Below are positions 28,329 to 37,863 of a stretch of DNA of 64,000 nt, one piece after another. Position 1 is the stretch's first letter. The number at the start of each line of letters is the position of its first letter. The DNA is from a virus, in IMG/VR virus record IMGVR_UViG_3300029448_007456, positions 50,779 to 114,778 of that record. One strand, 5' to 3'. The position numbers were made by a program, and so were the translations under genes. A model generated the notes under the pieces. The model saw only the letters and a list, made by a program, of their open reading frames with translations. It searched no databases and had not been told where the DNA came from.

Positions 28329-29870
28329 CTAGATAAAGTTTTGAATGCGATACTTCATGCTGGCTGCCGTGCCAGTTGAAGTTGTTTTGTATTGCAGTAT
28401 GCCTGCGGCATCAACCTTTAGCGTTACACCTGTGGCTGTATTCTCAACAAACTCATCCGAGAACACAACATTGGTCGGAGTGGACTCAACCCTTAATGTG
28501 CCTCTGCGTTTTGCTGTGCCTCTAGTGATTGCATAGTCAATGTCAAAATGAACTTCTCTTTGATTGTCTATTTGTATTGTTGCACTTGAAAATGGTTCAA
28601 CTGCGTTCGTAAATGTTGATGCATTATCATCCAGTGTCAGTGTGTTTCTAATAGGTGTTTCATGATAGAGCGAACCTGCAAAGTTAGATAACAAGTCAGT
28701 TCTGTGAAAGTAGTTTCCATATGCAAAGTTATTAGCATGTTCAAAGTTGATAGAAGGTAGATCAGAAGAATCATCTGAATTTGCGCCAACGTCTCTAAAA
28801 GAATTACCAGCAATAATGTTGCCTTCAGGTCTGCCACCATTACTGTGTATAAACACACCTTCGCCATCAATACTGTTAAATCTATTTCCTTGTGCCAACA
28901 CACCTGTTGGGCCTGTAACTTTGCCGCCAGTGGAGCCATCAGCACCTTCGCCCAAGTTCATGCCTCTGTGTAAATTTTGAAATTCTGAACCAGTCACTTG
29001 AATGTCTTGGCAATCAAAGTCTGAGTTGATGCCGAATTCACTTTTTTCAAATGCACAACTAACAAAAAACAATCTTGAAGATTTGTTTGCTAGGGTTCCT
29101 CTAATATCAACACAGGCCTTGCTGTTTGTTTGGCCATCTTGGTTAGTGAAGTTTCCTTTGAAATGAACATTCTGCACATGCAAGTCAACAGCACTATCAA
29201 TGATAAAAATATGATTGTCAGAACTAGTTTTTAGTTGAATGTCTTTGATTGCAACACCTTCAGGCACACTGGCTCCATCGTCGCCTATGCTAGTCGATGT
29301 GTTACCATTTGAATCACAAGTTCTCATCACACATTCTTCTGTGGCATCAGTTTGACTAATAATGGTTGACTCCATGCCGTCTCCCACTAGATTTGAAAAC
29401 GGATACAACAGGATTGGACCAGTAACAATATAAGTGCCACCTGGAAAATATAATCTTCTTTTTTGTTTGCCTGTAGTTTCTACAGTTACTAAATTTGCAA
29501 TGGCTCTGTTGATGGCCGCTGTGTCGTCAGTTTGTCCATCTCCTACAGCACCAAAGTCTTTGACATTGGCAAAATCGTCTAGTTTCTTTTGAAGTGTTCT
29601 AACAATAGGTGAATTGTTGTCAACACCTGTCACCACAGGCGAATCTGTGTTGCCTCTGAATGTAAATGTGTTAGCAGTAGATAATATGTTGTCATCTTCT
29701 GTTAAAATTTTAGTGTTGCCAGTTTGTGGAGCACCCTCTGATACAGTGCCATTACCTATGAATAATTCTTGTGTGTCTATTGAAAATCCAATTTCACCTG
29801 CCGCCAATTGGGGTAGTGACTCTCTCAAGCCTCGTCTGTGCTGAATTCGTGATATTTGAGTGATTGCCAT
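28329..29870 (-). CDS. virion protein with beta-helix (pectate lyase 3-like/tailspike) domain
   Basis: RIQHRRG..PQLAAGEIG..ELFIGNG N-module; NVKDFGAVGDGQTDDTAAI, LYFPGGTY; TATAAATA 6 nt upstream. Confidence 0.8.
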   Translation of the reverse strand: MAITQISRIQHRRGLRESLPQLAAGEIGFSIDTQELFIGNGTVSEGAPQTGNTKILTEDDNILSTANTFTFRGNTDSPVVTGVDNNSPIVRTLQKKLDDFANVKDFGAVGDGQTDDTAAINRAIANLVTVETTGKQKRRLYFPGGTYIVTGPILLYPFSNLVGDGMESTIISQTDATEECVMRTCDSNGNTSTSIGDDGASVPEGVAIKDIQLKTSSDNHIFIIDSAVDLHVQNVHFKGNFTNQDGQTNSKACVDIRGTLANKSSRLFFVSCAFEKSEFGINSDFDCQDIQVTGSEFQNLHRGMNLGEGADGSTGGKVTGPTGVLAQGNRFNSIDGEGVFIHSNGGRPEGNIIAGNSFRDVGANSDDSSDLPSINFEHANNFAYGNYFHRTDLLSNFAGSLYHETPIRNTLTLDDNASTFTNAVEPFSSATIQIDNQREVHFDIDYAITRGTAKRRGTLRVESTPTNVVFSDEFVENTATGVTLKVDAAGILQYKTTSTGTAASMKYRIQNFI

Positions 29871-29887
29871 TTGTAGTATTTATAGAC

Positions 29888-30580
29888 TTAGAGTTTATAG
29901 TATTGTTCTACACGAGCAAGCCATTGCTCTAGCCAATAATCGTAATGTGAAGGTTCTAAATCAAATTGTTGATAATTTAGATCTCTTGAACACATGAATA
30001 TGTGTCCTTCGCGAATCTGTGTGCCATACACTTCGTTGTGTGCTTCTGCGTAAGCAACTAACTGTAAGAAGTAATCTTCTACCCATTCCTTTTTCTTTGG
30101 TTTATTGGTTTGTTTGAAGTCCATGATTGCAGGTTGTCCTTTATACTGCCCAACTACATCAGTGGTGCCTGAGTAAAGTCCTGGAAAATATAATGCTTGT
30201 TCAATGCCCCAAACTTCATCTACATCAACAAGTGCATTTTGTATGATTTGGTCTGCCATTTTGTTTGCTTGAACATGAACAAGGTTAGAGCCAGGCATCC
30301 TTTGTTCGCCACACAAGAATCTTTCTAAATTGTTGTGCATGGCAGAACCAATGCCTGATGCTTCTTTGACAATGCGTTGTGCTTGTTGTTCACCCACACG
30401 TTTTTTCCATTCATTGAGATGTGTCATGTCTTTGGTTTTGCCTAGTATTGTGGTCACAGATGGCACTCTATCACCATTGGGTGTTTGATACACTCTGCGT
30501 CCAGATTCGTTGATCTGTTCTAATTTGTGGTACTCAAACTTTTCAACAAAAGGTGGTGGTGATTGATTACTTGTATTCAA
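29888..30580 (-). CDS. PD-(D/E)XK exonuclease (Cas4/ExoV-like phage family)
   Basis: PSVTTIL, GSAMH, YSGTTD, MDFKQ, YFLQLVAYA. Confidence 0.85.
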   Translation of the reverse strand: MNTSNQSPPPFVEKFEYHKLEQINESGRRVYQTPNGDRVPSVTTILGKTKDMTHLNEWKKRVGEQQAQRIVKEASGIGSAMHNNLERFLCGEQRMPGSNLVHVQANKMADQIIQNALVDVDEVWGIEQALYFPGLYSGTTDVVGQYKGQPAIMDFKQTNKPKKKEWVEDYFLQLVAYAEAHNEVYGTQIREGHIFMCSRDLNYQQFDLEPSHYDYWLEQWLARVEQYYKL

Positions 30581-30995
30581 AATTTTGATAGTCCTTATAT
30601 TTGTTTAACAACACAGCTCCATTTTTGAGATGAAAGCGACTCGCCATTTCTGTGCAAGGTGATAGAGTGACGAATCTATTGACCCATGGTTTAAACTTTT
30701 CAATGTGATCTTTCACTTCAAGAATTATGTTGGTTCCTGCTCCTTTAGTGTAACTCCACACTGTATAAAAAGTTGCCACAGAAGCATTAGTTGTGCAACA
30801 ACCAAGTTGTAGGTCTTGTTCATTTTGTGGAACAGCATCAAGATAAGACACACAAATCACAGCATCAACCTTGTCTTCAAATGAAAAGATATAAGTTTCG
30901 TTGGGTTCTGTTACTCTAAAAAAAGCAGGTATGTGTGGTCGGACTGGATCTTTTTCAAAGTGGTGTTCTTCTTCTGGCAGAAGTTTTCTAATCAT
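30567..30995 (-). CDS. hypothetical protein, GNAT-like
   Basis: DPVRPHI, FYTVWSYTKGAG, TLSP..ASRFHLKNGA. Confidence 0.55.
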   Translation of the reverse strand: MIRKLLPEEEHHFEKDPVRPHIPAFFRVTEPNETYIFSFEDKVDAVICVSYLDAVPQNEQDLQLGCCTTNASVATFYTVWSYTKGAGTNIILEVKDHIEKFKPWVNRFVTLSPCTEMASRFHLKNGAVLLNKYKDYQNFEYK

Positions 30996-31013
30996 TAGGA
31001 TTATTATACAGTA

Positions 31014-31343
31014 TTAAGAACGTTTACGCAAGGCTCTTTTTGCCATTTTGCTGACTTCGTCTGAACCGTTGATGTCCATGGCATTGTCATCTGTGGGTTC
31101 AACCACAGTGTCAATGGTGATCTTTTCTCCGTCAAACGATTTGATAAGATTTTTTATTGTAGGATCATTCATCAATGACTTGATGATGTCTGGATTGATG
31201 TCTATACCTTGATCATCCATGAAGTCTGACAGAGCATCAATAGGAACCACAGCGCCTTGCTTGCGAGCATCTGCTTCCTGTTTGAAGTATTGTAGTATGG
31301 ATGCTAGTTGATGAACGTAGTTTTCAACTTCAATTATTAGCAT
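31014..31343 (-). CDS. hypothetical late protein
   Basis: Coupled to upstream gene; ends VSKMAKRA. Confidence 0.6.
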   Translation of the reverse strand: MLIIEVENYVHQLASILQYFKQEADARKQGAVVPIDALSDFMDDQGIDINPDIIKSLMNDPTIKNLIKSFDGEKITIDTVVEPTDDNAMDINGSDEVSKMAKRALRKRS

Positions 31344-32836
31344 TATCTCTCTGCACGACCAGCTAGCTCGTCGCCACCGGCAGCAGGTTCAGATGCGCCA
31401 AAGTCGTCTCCACCTTCTATGTCTGCATCACCCATGCCATCGCCTGTGTCAATGTCCATGTCACCGCCCATGTCAAGGTCATCATCGCCTGCCATTGGAG
31501 TTGGTGCTTCACCTTTCACTATTGCAACAGAATCCTGAGCACCTTGTCTTGCTGTGCTGAGTGCTTGTTCCAATGCTTCAAGAGCTGGATCAATTTGATT
31601 TTGATATGACTGTGCTTGTTCTTGCCCTAGTTCATTGGACATTCTGTCCACTAGTTCAAGCACTTGTGAAGATTTTATTTCTGCAATCTTCTCATACATG
31701 TCTGTGATGGTATCTACTATGTCTTGTGATGCAAGTAGAATTTCTGATGTTTCCATTTCATTCTCTAATAGAGATTTCAATGTTGATGCATAATCGTCGG
31801 ACTCATTGCGTCCTACAATTTTCTGTAAGTTATTAAATCTAGTCACGGCTGACGCTCCTCCTCTGATGAATGTGTCTAGTTTATCAATGATTGGCATGAA
31901 GCCTTTCATCAATGGTGCTGGCACAGAACGTCCTGACTTAGCAAGTTCTAATGCCCTTTTGGCTTCAGAAAAATTCTGATTGCCTACTAACAGTCTTAGA
32001 GCTGCCATTTCTTTGGCTCCTAGTCTAACCTGTTGCTCAGCCACTTGTCCTGTGATTGTTTGTCTTATTGCTTCAACCACAGCGGCTAAATCTTTTGATA
32101 ATTGTTCAATTGAATCTTTTTGTTTAGGATATTTTTTTTCAAGTTCTTGTTTGCTCATACCCTGTTGCATGTCATGAACAAGTTTTTTGAATTCAGGTGC
32201 AACCACATCTTCAAGGTCGCCTGCACCTTCTTTGTCTGCTTCAGTGACTCCGCCTGTTTTAAATTCAACTGTGTGTGCTTTGCCTTCACGGTCTTGATAC
32301 TCAATGGATATGCCTTTTGGACCACCGCCTTGACTGGTGACTGTATATCCTTGGCTATCAAGATATTTCATAAAATTTTTTACATCATCATTGATGTCTT
32401 CGCCCATGTTTACCTTGGCACCTACTTTTAATTGTGGTGCTTTATCTTGTTTGTTTGGGTCTTTGGCTTTTACTTCTACATTGCCTTGTGCATCTGTGTC
32501 TACATCAACTTCTTTGGTGTTTACTTTTGTTGTAACACCTGGCTTGGCAGGATCTTCTATTTCAATTTCATCGCCTTGAACTTTTTTGATACGCATTTCT
32601 TGTTCTTTGATAATAGCATCTAACAATAATTTGTTCTCTACATATTTTGGATTGGATGCACCTGTATTGAAAGCCATAGCAGATTCAAAATTTTTCACTG
32701 AATTTTGAACCGACCCTTTAAAGGTTTCAAGTGTGGTATCTTCTAGTTCATTAAGATTAATGGATTGCCCAAATCTTTCTTCGATAATCTTACTCAATTT
32801 AGAGCTTGAAAAATAATCTATGTTGTCTATTATCAT
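31343..32836 (-). CDS. acidic late protein, probable head/scaffold-associated
   Basis: TAAATA upstream; LLENEME..LASQDIVD; D/G-rich tail ending GRAER. Confidence 0.55.
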   Translation of the reverse strand: MIIDNIDYFSSSKLSKIIEERFGQSINLNELEDTTLETFKGSVQNSVKNFESAMAFNTGASNPKYVENKLLLDAIIKEQEMRIKKVQGDEIEIEDPAKPGVTTKVNTKEVDVDTDAQGNVEVKAKDPNKQDKAPQLKVGAKVNMGEDINDDVKNFMKYLDSQGYTVTSQGGGPKGISIEYQDREGKAHTVEFKTGGVTEADKEGAGDLEDVVAPEFKKLVHDMQQGMSKQELEKKYPKQKDSIEQLSKDLAAVVEAIRQTITGQVAEQQVRLGAKEMAALRLLVGNQNFSEAKRALELAKSGRSVPAPLMKGFMPIIDKLDTFIRGGASAVTRFNNLQKIVGRNESDDYASTLKSLLENEMETSEILLASQDIVDTITDMYEKIAEIKSSQVLELVDRMSNELGQEQAQSYQNQIDPALEALEQALSTARQGAQDSVAIVKGEAPTPMAGDDDLDMGGDMDIDTGDGMGDADIEGGDDFGASEPAAGGDELAGRAER

Positions 32837-32871
32837 GGTATGCGATTATTTATTAAGATGTCTATGCGATT

Positions 32872-33303
32872 TCATAGTGTCATGGCTTTATATAAATCAT
32901 CAATTTTGCCTACAATGATTTCAAGTCTATCTTGTAGATACTCTAATGCATCTTGATTTGATATAGGTTTGTGCTTATGCCGTAAGCACTCTGCATAATT
33001 TACTGCATATTCTTTGTCTAGATGTAATAGCTTGTCTAATGTATCACGATGTGGTTCTGTGAACTGATTCATTAGGGTAGCAATACAAATAGCAACTTTC
33101 CTATTTGCAATGTCTCTTTTGATTGGTTGTCTTTGTTTGGAAAAAACATCATAGGTTTGTTGCTTGTTTAATAACACAGCACAATCGCCTATCACCACAC
33201 CGTTCTTAATGCTTTTTGGAATGTATTTTACTGTGTTTCCAGAACGAGTTAGTTTGTGGACTGCTCGCTTGATAAAGCTCTCAATACGTTTGACCTGCAC
33301 CAT
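32872..33303 (-). CDS. hypothetical protein
   Basis: 143-aa ORF in minus-strand block. Confidence 0.55.
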   Translation of the reverse strand: MVQVKRIESFIKRAVHKLTRSGNTVKYIPKSIKNGVVIGDCAVLLNKQQTYDVFSKQRQPIKRDIANRKVAICIATLMNQFTEPHRDTLDKLLHLDKEYAVNYAECLRHKHKPISNQDALEYLQDRLEIIVGKIDDLYKAMTL

Positions 33304-33494
33304 GGTTGTATCTCAGGTTTCCTTTCCCTTAGTTTATCGTATATTACTATATGTTTTCGCCAAAGTAAATCAATAATGTGCCAGTCGTCTAGAGCAATCA
33401 TGTCAAGAGTAAAATTTTCATCCACAATGTTTTCTAACATTTTTACTTCAAGACTATCAAGTCCGATGGAATAGTATTTGAACTTTATATTCAC
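33249..33494 (-). CDS. hypothetical protein
   Basis: Fills gap in operon. Confidence 0.45.
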   Translation of the reverse strand: MNIKFKYYSIGLDSLEVKMLENIVDENFTLDMIALDDWHIIDLLWRKHIVIYDKLRERKPEIQPWCRSNVLRALSSEQSTN

Positions 33495-33495
33495 T

Positions 33496-33780
33496 TTATC
33501 TTTTTCTGTTGAGGATTCTTAATCTGCGTGATGCTGGATTTGTTCTTTTGGTGCGTTTGGCTCTTCTTACCATGACAGCACCTTTTTGTGATCTTAGACG
33601 TCTCATTCTTATTCTGGCTTTGATGTTGATTGGTTTAAAACATTGATCAGGTTTAGCAACTATCCTGCCTTTTCTTTGTCCAGATGTGCAACGATACTTC
33701 CTTACCACTGAAGTGCCTTTGCGTCCCCAGATTTGTTTTTCGTCTAGGACTTCTTCTGCAAAAATTTCAAAGATTTTCAT
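33496..33780 (-). CDS. highly basic protein, probable internal head protein; paralog of 40373..40711
   Basis: MKIFEIFAE N-terminus; RKYRCTSGQRKGRIVA..C.KPI shared with paralog. Confidence 0.7.
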   Translation of the reverse strand: MKIFEIFAEEVLDEKQIWGRKGTSVVRKYRCTSGQRKGRIVAKPDQCFKPINIKARIRMRRLRSQKGAVMVRRAKRTKRTNPASRRLRILNRKR

Positions 33781-33781
33781 A

Positions 33782-34024
33782 CTATAACATCATGACAATA
33801 GCAACCACTGTGGACAATAATCCACCTGTCACTGTTGCGGCTGACCCAATGATGATTTTTGATGTGCGTTTGGATTCTTCCAACATGGTGTCTTTCAATC
33901 CATGCACTGCTGCTTCAACACCTTCTATTCTTGTCTCCAAACGGTAGTAGCGTTCAGAACAAAGGTCAACGTGTGCTTCTAAACTTTTCTTTTCACTTGC
34001 ATATTGAACTGCTGTTCGTTCCAT
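33782..34024 (-). CDS. coiled-coil plus C-terminal TM protein (holin/hemolysin-like)
   Basis: EKKSLEAHVDLCSERY then TM helix. Confidence 0.55.
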   Translation of the reverse strand: MERTAVQYASEKKSLEAHVDLCSERYYRLETRIEGVEAAVHGLKDTMLEESKRTSKIIIGSAATVTGGLLSTVVAIVMML

Positions 34025-34099
34025 TATATCATAGCGTCCTTTCCACGCTCAGTGGTGCCTATGATGCCTATGTTGTGCCTATACATGTGTATTTAGTGG

Positions 34100-34489
34100 T
34101 CATAGGTCCTGAATATTAAAATATATGTTTTTGGTCTTTGGATTCTTTGTGTCAAACACAGAAGGCTTGATGACCACAGACTCCATCAAATTGCAAATGA
34201 CAGGCACCTGATGACAGTCTTCAATCAACCCTCCGAGACTACTGAATTTATTTGCAAACACATCTATCTGTTCACACACAAACGACACCACCCATATGTT
34301 TTGATTACCACCAAATTCTTCACCAAAATCATATTCAGACATAGGCTGATTGCCTGCCGCATTCACATGCAGACTGAGAGGATTACCACGCAGGGCAATA
34401 GTTTGGATCAGTGAATTGTAGTTTTGTATTTGTAGGGCAGACGTCTGTGAAATATCCACAAGACTGTAACCCACAATGTGCTGATGCAT
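34100..34489 (-). CDS. hypothetical late protein
   Basis: YSLVDIS..NYNSLIQTIALR..KNIYF. Confidence 0.6.
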   Translation of the reverse strand: MHQHIVGYSLVDISQTSALQIQNYNSLIQTIALRGNPLSLHVNAAGNQPMSEYDFGEEFGGNQNIWVVSFVCEQIDVFANKFSSLGGLIEDCHQVPVICNLMESVVIKPSVFDTKNPKTKNIYFNIQDL

Positions 34490-34521
34490 GTTAGTATTTT
34501 ATATGATGTTGTTGGAAGAGT

Positions 34522-34549
34522 AAAGCGGTCCTGAATAAAGAACCGCTTT
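34522..34549 (-). terminator. terminator-like hairpin
   Basis: AAAGCGGT..ACCGCTTT inverted repeat after 34568..34942. Confidence 0.6.
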
Positions 34550-34567
34550 GAAGTATAATGTATCTTA

Positions 34568-34942
34568 TTATACAGCTGCCGCTGTTAAGATACCTAGATC
34601 TGTTGCTGTCACAGTTGCACTTGAAATAGTTGCTGTAATTGAACCATTTCCGTTGAGTGCTCTGATTGCAGTTTGTAGAGCCGCCGCAGTTGGGGCTGTG
34701 TCTGATCTCATAATGTAAGTCTTTTGAGTGTTTGTGTCTGTTAAAGGACCTTCAGCAAGAATGTTGCCGAATTGCTCAATTGTTCTTCTTACTATTTCAA
34801 GACCAGCCACTGCTGATGATGTGTCTGGATCACCTGTTTCTGCGTTCATGGCGCTGATAAAATCAACGATGAAAATGCTATACTCAGGATAGCCATGTTC
34901 TACGTTAGTAGTATGACTAAAGTTGTTTCTTGTAATTGCCAT
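34568..34942 (-). CDS. probable virion (decoration-like) protein
   Basis: TAAATA, strong SD and own terminator; A/T-rich with ALQTAIRAL. Confidence 0.55.
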   Translation of the reverse strand: MAITRNNFSHTTNVEHGYPEYSIFIVDFISAMNAETGDPDTSSAVAGLEIVRRTIEQFGNILAEGPLTDTNTQKTYIMRSDTAPTAAALQTAIRALNGNGSITATISSATVTATDLGILTAAAV

Positions 34943-35005
34943 TTTGTTTATCTCCTTATGCCCACGCTCCGTGGACTTTGCAAGTATTTATGTGGAATTT
35001 TGGTA

Positions 35006-35037
35006 AAAGTTAGGGGCAATGGTGCCACTGCCCCCAT
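35006..35037 (-). terminator. intrinsic terminator
   Basis: Minus strand GGGGCAGTGG-CA-CCATTGCCCC, then short U run. Confidence 0.6.
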
Positions 35038-35040
35038 AGA

Positions 35041-35157
35041 TTATTCAGCCACTGCTTCGACCGGTACGTCGGCAGGAGTGAATATGCCGGACATGTAGCC
35101 AACAACAACAATAACTGCCACTGCCGCCCATACCCATTTGTTTTTTAGATGTTTCAT
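35041..35157 (-). CDS. 38-aa single-TM protein (not in ORF track)
   Basis: MKHLKNKWVWAAVAVIVVVGYMSGIFTPADVPVEAVAE behind TAAGGAG RBS. Confidence 0.7.
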   Translation of the reverse strand: MKHLKNKWVWAAVAVIVVVGYMSGIFTPADVPVEAVAE

Positions 35158-35166
35158 TAAGTCTCC

Positions 35167-35400
35167 TTACTTAGATTTGTAAATGTTATACAAAACCCAA
35201 ACTGCCACCAAGCCTAATAAGCCTTGTGCTGATAGTCCAGCCAATACTCCTGTGATATTATCAATCACAGATATATTTGGCCAAAACGGAATACCTTGTC
35301 CGTTGAACAATATCTCTAGGACAATGCCCAGAGCAACTAATGATACACCAACATCTGCTAGTGCTGATGCCCATCCTTTGATAGATTTTACAATCTCCAT
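35167..35400 (-). CDS. small two-TM membrane protein
   Basis: GVSLVALGIVLEILF..PFWP..GLLGLVAVWVLY; AAGGAG RBS. Confidence 0.75.
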   Translation of the reverse strand: MEIVKSIKGWASALADVGVSLVALGIVLEILFNGQGIPFWPNISVIDNITGVLAGLSAQGLLGLVAVWVLYNIYKSK

Positions 35401-35523
35401 CTTGTCTCCTTTGTGGTTGACCTCCAGTCAACTTGTATATTTGCCGCAGGTAAGATCAGTTAATAAACTACCATATTTGGTTGTAGATGTCTGTGCAGTG
35501 GTGAAAAATCTTTATGTAGTCAT

Positions 35524-35549
35524 AAAAAAAGGGGGATATACCCCCTTTT
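35524..35549. terminator. intrinsic terminator
   Basis: AAAAGGGGG-ATATA-CCCCCTTTT with A/T runs on both sides. Confidence 0.7.
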
Positions 35550-35569
35550 AATTTGTTTATCAAATGTTA

Positions 35570-36109
35570 TTAGGCGTCGCCTCTTCCGTCGAACATACCA
35601 ATAATTTCTGAGTTAGCGCCAGCTAATGGAGCTGAACCATCTGCAGGAAGTTTTGCTATCTTCACACCAACTGTGCCTGATGAGTCATCGGAGCCGGAAA
35701 TTGCAGCTAAGATTGCTGTTTCGATGTCTGCTTCTGATCCTGATTTAACAGTTGAGTCATCACCTGTGCTTGCACCTGCTGATGCTGGAGCATCAAACAA
35801 AGCTTCACCTTCAACAATGTATTGATACACATCAATGTCTACGCCTGCTGTGACGTTTGTGTTGATTAAAGCATCTTCTGAAGTTGCTGTTCTAGCTAGG
35901 TAGTAGTTTATTGCCAATAGTGTGCCACCATTACCAGCTGCTGAGTTGATAACATTGGTCACTGTTTGAAATGTTGAACCATCTGATTCAGGTGTTGTTG
36001 CTGAAGAGGCAAAGTCAGCGTTGAATATTACTTCAATAAAAGTTAAAGTCTTACCTGTGAAAGACTGTCTTCTGATCACGTTAGTTGATCTTGATTTAGT
36101 TGCGGGCAT
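35570..36109 (-). CDS. probable virion structural protein
   Basis: TAAATA (36197-36192), long leader, AAGGAG SD, own terminator. Confidence 0.55.
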   Translation of the reverse strand: MPATKSRSTNVIRRQSFTGKTLTFIEVIFNADFASSATTPESDGSTFQTVTNVINSAAGNGGTLLAINYYLARTATSEDALINTNVTAGVDIDVYQYIVEGEALFDAPASAGASTGDDSTVKSGSEADIETAILAAISGSDDSSGTVGVKIAKLPADGSAPLAGANSEIIGMFDGRGDA

Positions 36110-36233
36110 TTGAGATCTCCTTTTCTATTTTTCAATTGTCCTAAGGGGGGTCAGTAAACTGGATATCTAGAATTGTTTACTCAACTAGATGTATTTAGTT
36201 GCATTTTAATCTTAGATCATGTATAATTGGCAA

Positions 36234-36932
36234 GTGGACACTGTCTTAGTAATACCTGCTAGAATGCAGTCAACCAGACTGCCTCAAAAACCCTTACTGA
36301 AACGCAATGGCATCACACTGATTGAAACAGTGTGGCGCCAGTGTGTCCAAACAGGTTTTGATGTTATTGTTGCCACTGACCATGAAGACATTGCTCGTGA
36401 AGTAGATGCCTTCAGAGGACAAGTAGTGATGACAAAATCAGACACACCCACAGGCACAGATCGTTGTGCAGAAGCAGTGTATCAAACCAATTACAACTAT
36501 GTGATCAATGTGCAAGGTGACATGCCCTACATCACACCAGAACAAATTGTTGAGTGCCATTCATTGGTCAAACAATTTGATGTAGGCACACTCATCTATG
36601 ACATGGCTGATCAAGAACAAACCAATCCCAACTCTGTGAAATGCATAGGAGTTGAACATCATAAAGTGAAACATGATGTGTATGAATGCAAATGGTTTGG
36701 CAGAATGGCTGTGCCCTATGGGTTTCACCATGCAGGCATCTATGCCTACAGAATGAATGCACTGCGTCAATACAAAAGATTGCCTCAAGGCAAGTTTGAA
36801 CAGATAGAACGGTTGGAACAACTGCGTTGGCTAGAACGTGGCTTTAGAGTATTTGCAAAAGAAACCACTCCTATTCAAGGAGAAATAAACACTAGGCAAG
36901 ACTATGATGATTGGTGTTTAACAGATGCTTGA
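36234..36932 (+). CDS. kdsB: CMP-Kdo synthetase-like cytidylyltransferase
   Basis: IPARMQSTRLPQKPL, TGTDRCAEA, INVQGD, ERLEQLRWL; probable GTG start 6 nt after TATAAT. Confidence 0.85.
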   Translation: MDTVLVIPARMQSTRLPQKPLLKRNGITLIETVWRQCVQTGFDVIVATDHEDIAREVDAFRGQVVMTKSDTPTGTDRCAEAVYQTNYNYVINVQGDMPYITPEQIVECHSLVKQFDVGTLIYDMADQEQTNPNSVKCIGVEHHKVKHDVYECKWFGRMAVPYGFHHAGIYAYRMNALRQYKRLPQGKFEQIERLEQLRWLERGFRVFAKETTPIQGEINTRQDYDDWCLTDA

Positions 36933-37848
36933 TGCCTCCACACATCTGCACATTGTTGTTAGATAAAAAATTTAATTCATTCAATAACTTTTGATCAACT
37001 GCCACTTGATTATTATTCCACCATTGCTCTGTGTGATGGCCCCATCTATCAAGTAGTTGCATCGAAATAGTTTTGAATCCTAGCCTGTGTCCTAGTTCGT
37101 AATATTTTACAATCTCATTTTGATTGTTGCGTTGCAACACAAACTGTCCGTGTGTGACTATATCATTTTGTCGTAGCCATTCACAGTTGTCTATCACTTG
37201 ATCAAAGTTGCTGTTTCTAATCACTTGATAGGTGTTGGCTGTGCCAGCATCCAAACTGATCACCATGGAATGGATGTTTGCTTTGATTTTATTGATGAGG
37301 TTGTGATACTGATGTATGGTTGTACCATTGGTGGTGATGGTCAATTGCACATTGGTGGGCAGTGCAGTTTCTTGAAAAAAATCAAGATAGGACCTACTGG
37401 CAAAGATATCCCCATATCCATCACAAAATATTTCCACAGGCAGATCGTGTTTTACATAGAATCCAAACACATGATTCAATATGCGTCTTGCATCAGCACC
37501 CTGTTTGTCAATGACGGGTTGCAGTCTACAGGATGGACAGGCAAGATTACAACTTTGGTCAATGGTCAACATTATTCTGTTGGGCAAAGGTTGGGCAATC
37601 AAATCCTGTGTTTTGTCGGGCAGGTTGTGTAGATTGGGACACTCTTCAGCTGAGCAACGAGAAAAGTCTCCTTGATTAATCCCTTGCCTAATGTCCTTAA
37701 CTTTGTTGCTATGCCATACCTTAAAAAAGTCTTTGTCAAAAATATTTCCAATGCACACAGGCATCCATCTGTGGCACAGACATGAATATACCTCCCCACT
37801 TACATGTATGTTGCAGGTATCGAATGGTTGATTACAAATCTTAGACAC
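36892..37848 (-). CDS. radical SAM protein with SPASM-like N-domain
   Basis: CNQPF..YSCLC; DQSCNLACPSC; TNGT; ISLDAGT. Confidence 0.85.
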   Translation of the reverse strand: MSKICNQPFDTCNIHVSGEVYSCLCHRWMPVCIGNIFDKDFFKVWHSNKVKDIRQGINQGDFSRCSAEECPNLHNLPDKTQDLIAQPLPNRIMLTIDQSCNLACPSCRLQPVIDKQGADARRILNHVFGFYVKHDLPVEIFCDGYGDIFASRSYLDFFQETALPTNVQLTITTNGTTIHQYHNLINKIKANIHSMVISLDAGTANTYQVIRNSNFDQVIDNCEWLRQNDIVTHGQFVLQRNNQNEIVKYYELGHRLGFKTISMQLLDRWGHHTEQWWNNNQVAVDQKLLNELNFLSNNNVQMCGGIKHLLNTNHHSLA

Positions 37849-37863
37849 AATGTAGTTTAATGG

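Noticed and set aside
35468-35483. NrdR-box-like or operator-like sequence CTACCATATTTGGTTG
   Set aside because: Single imperfect copy, far from nrd genes
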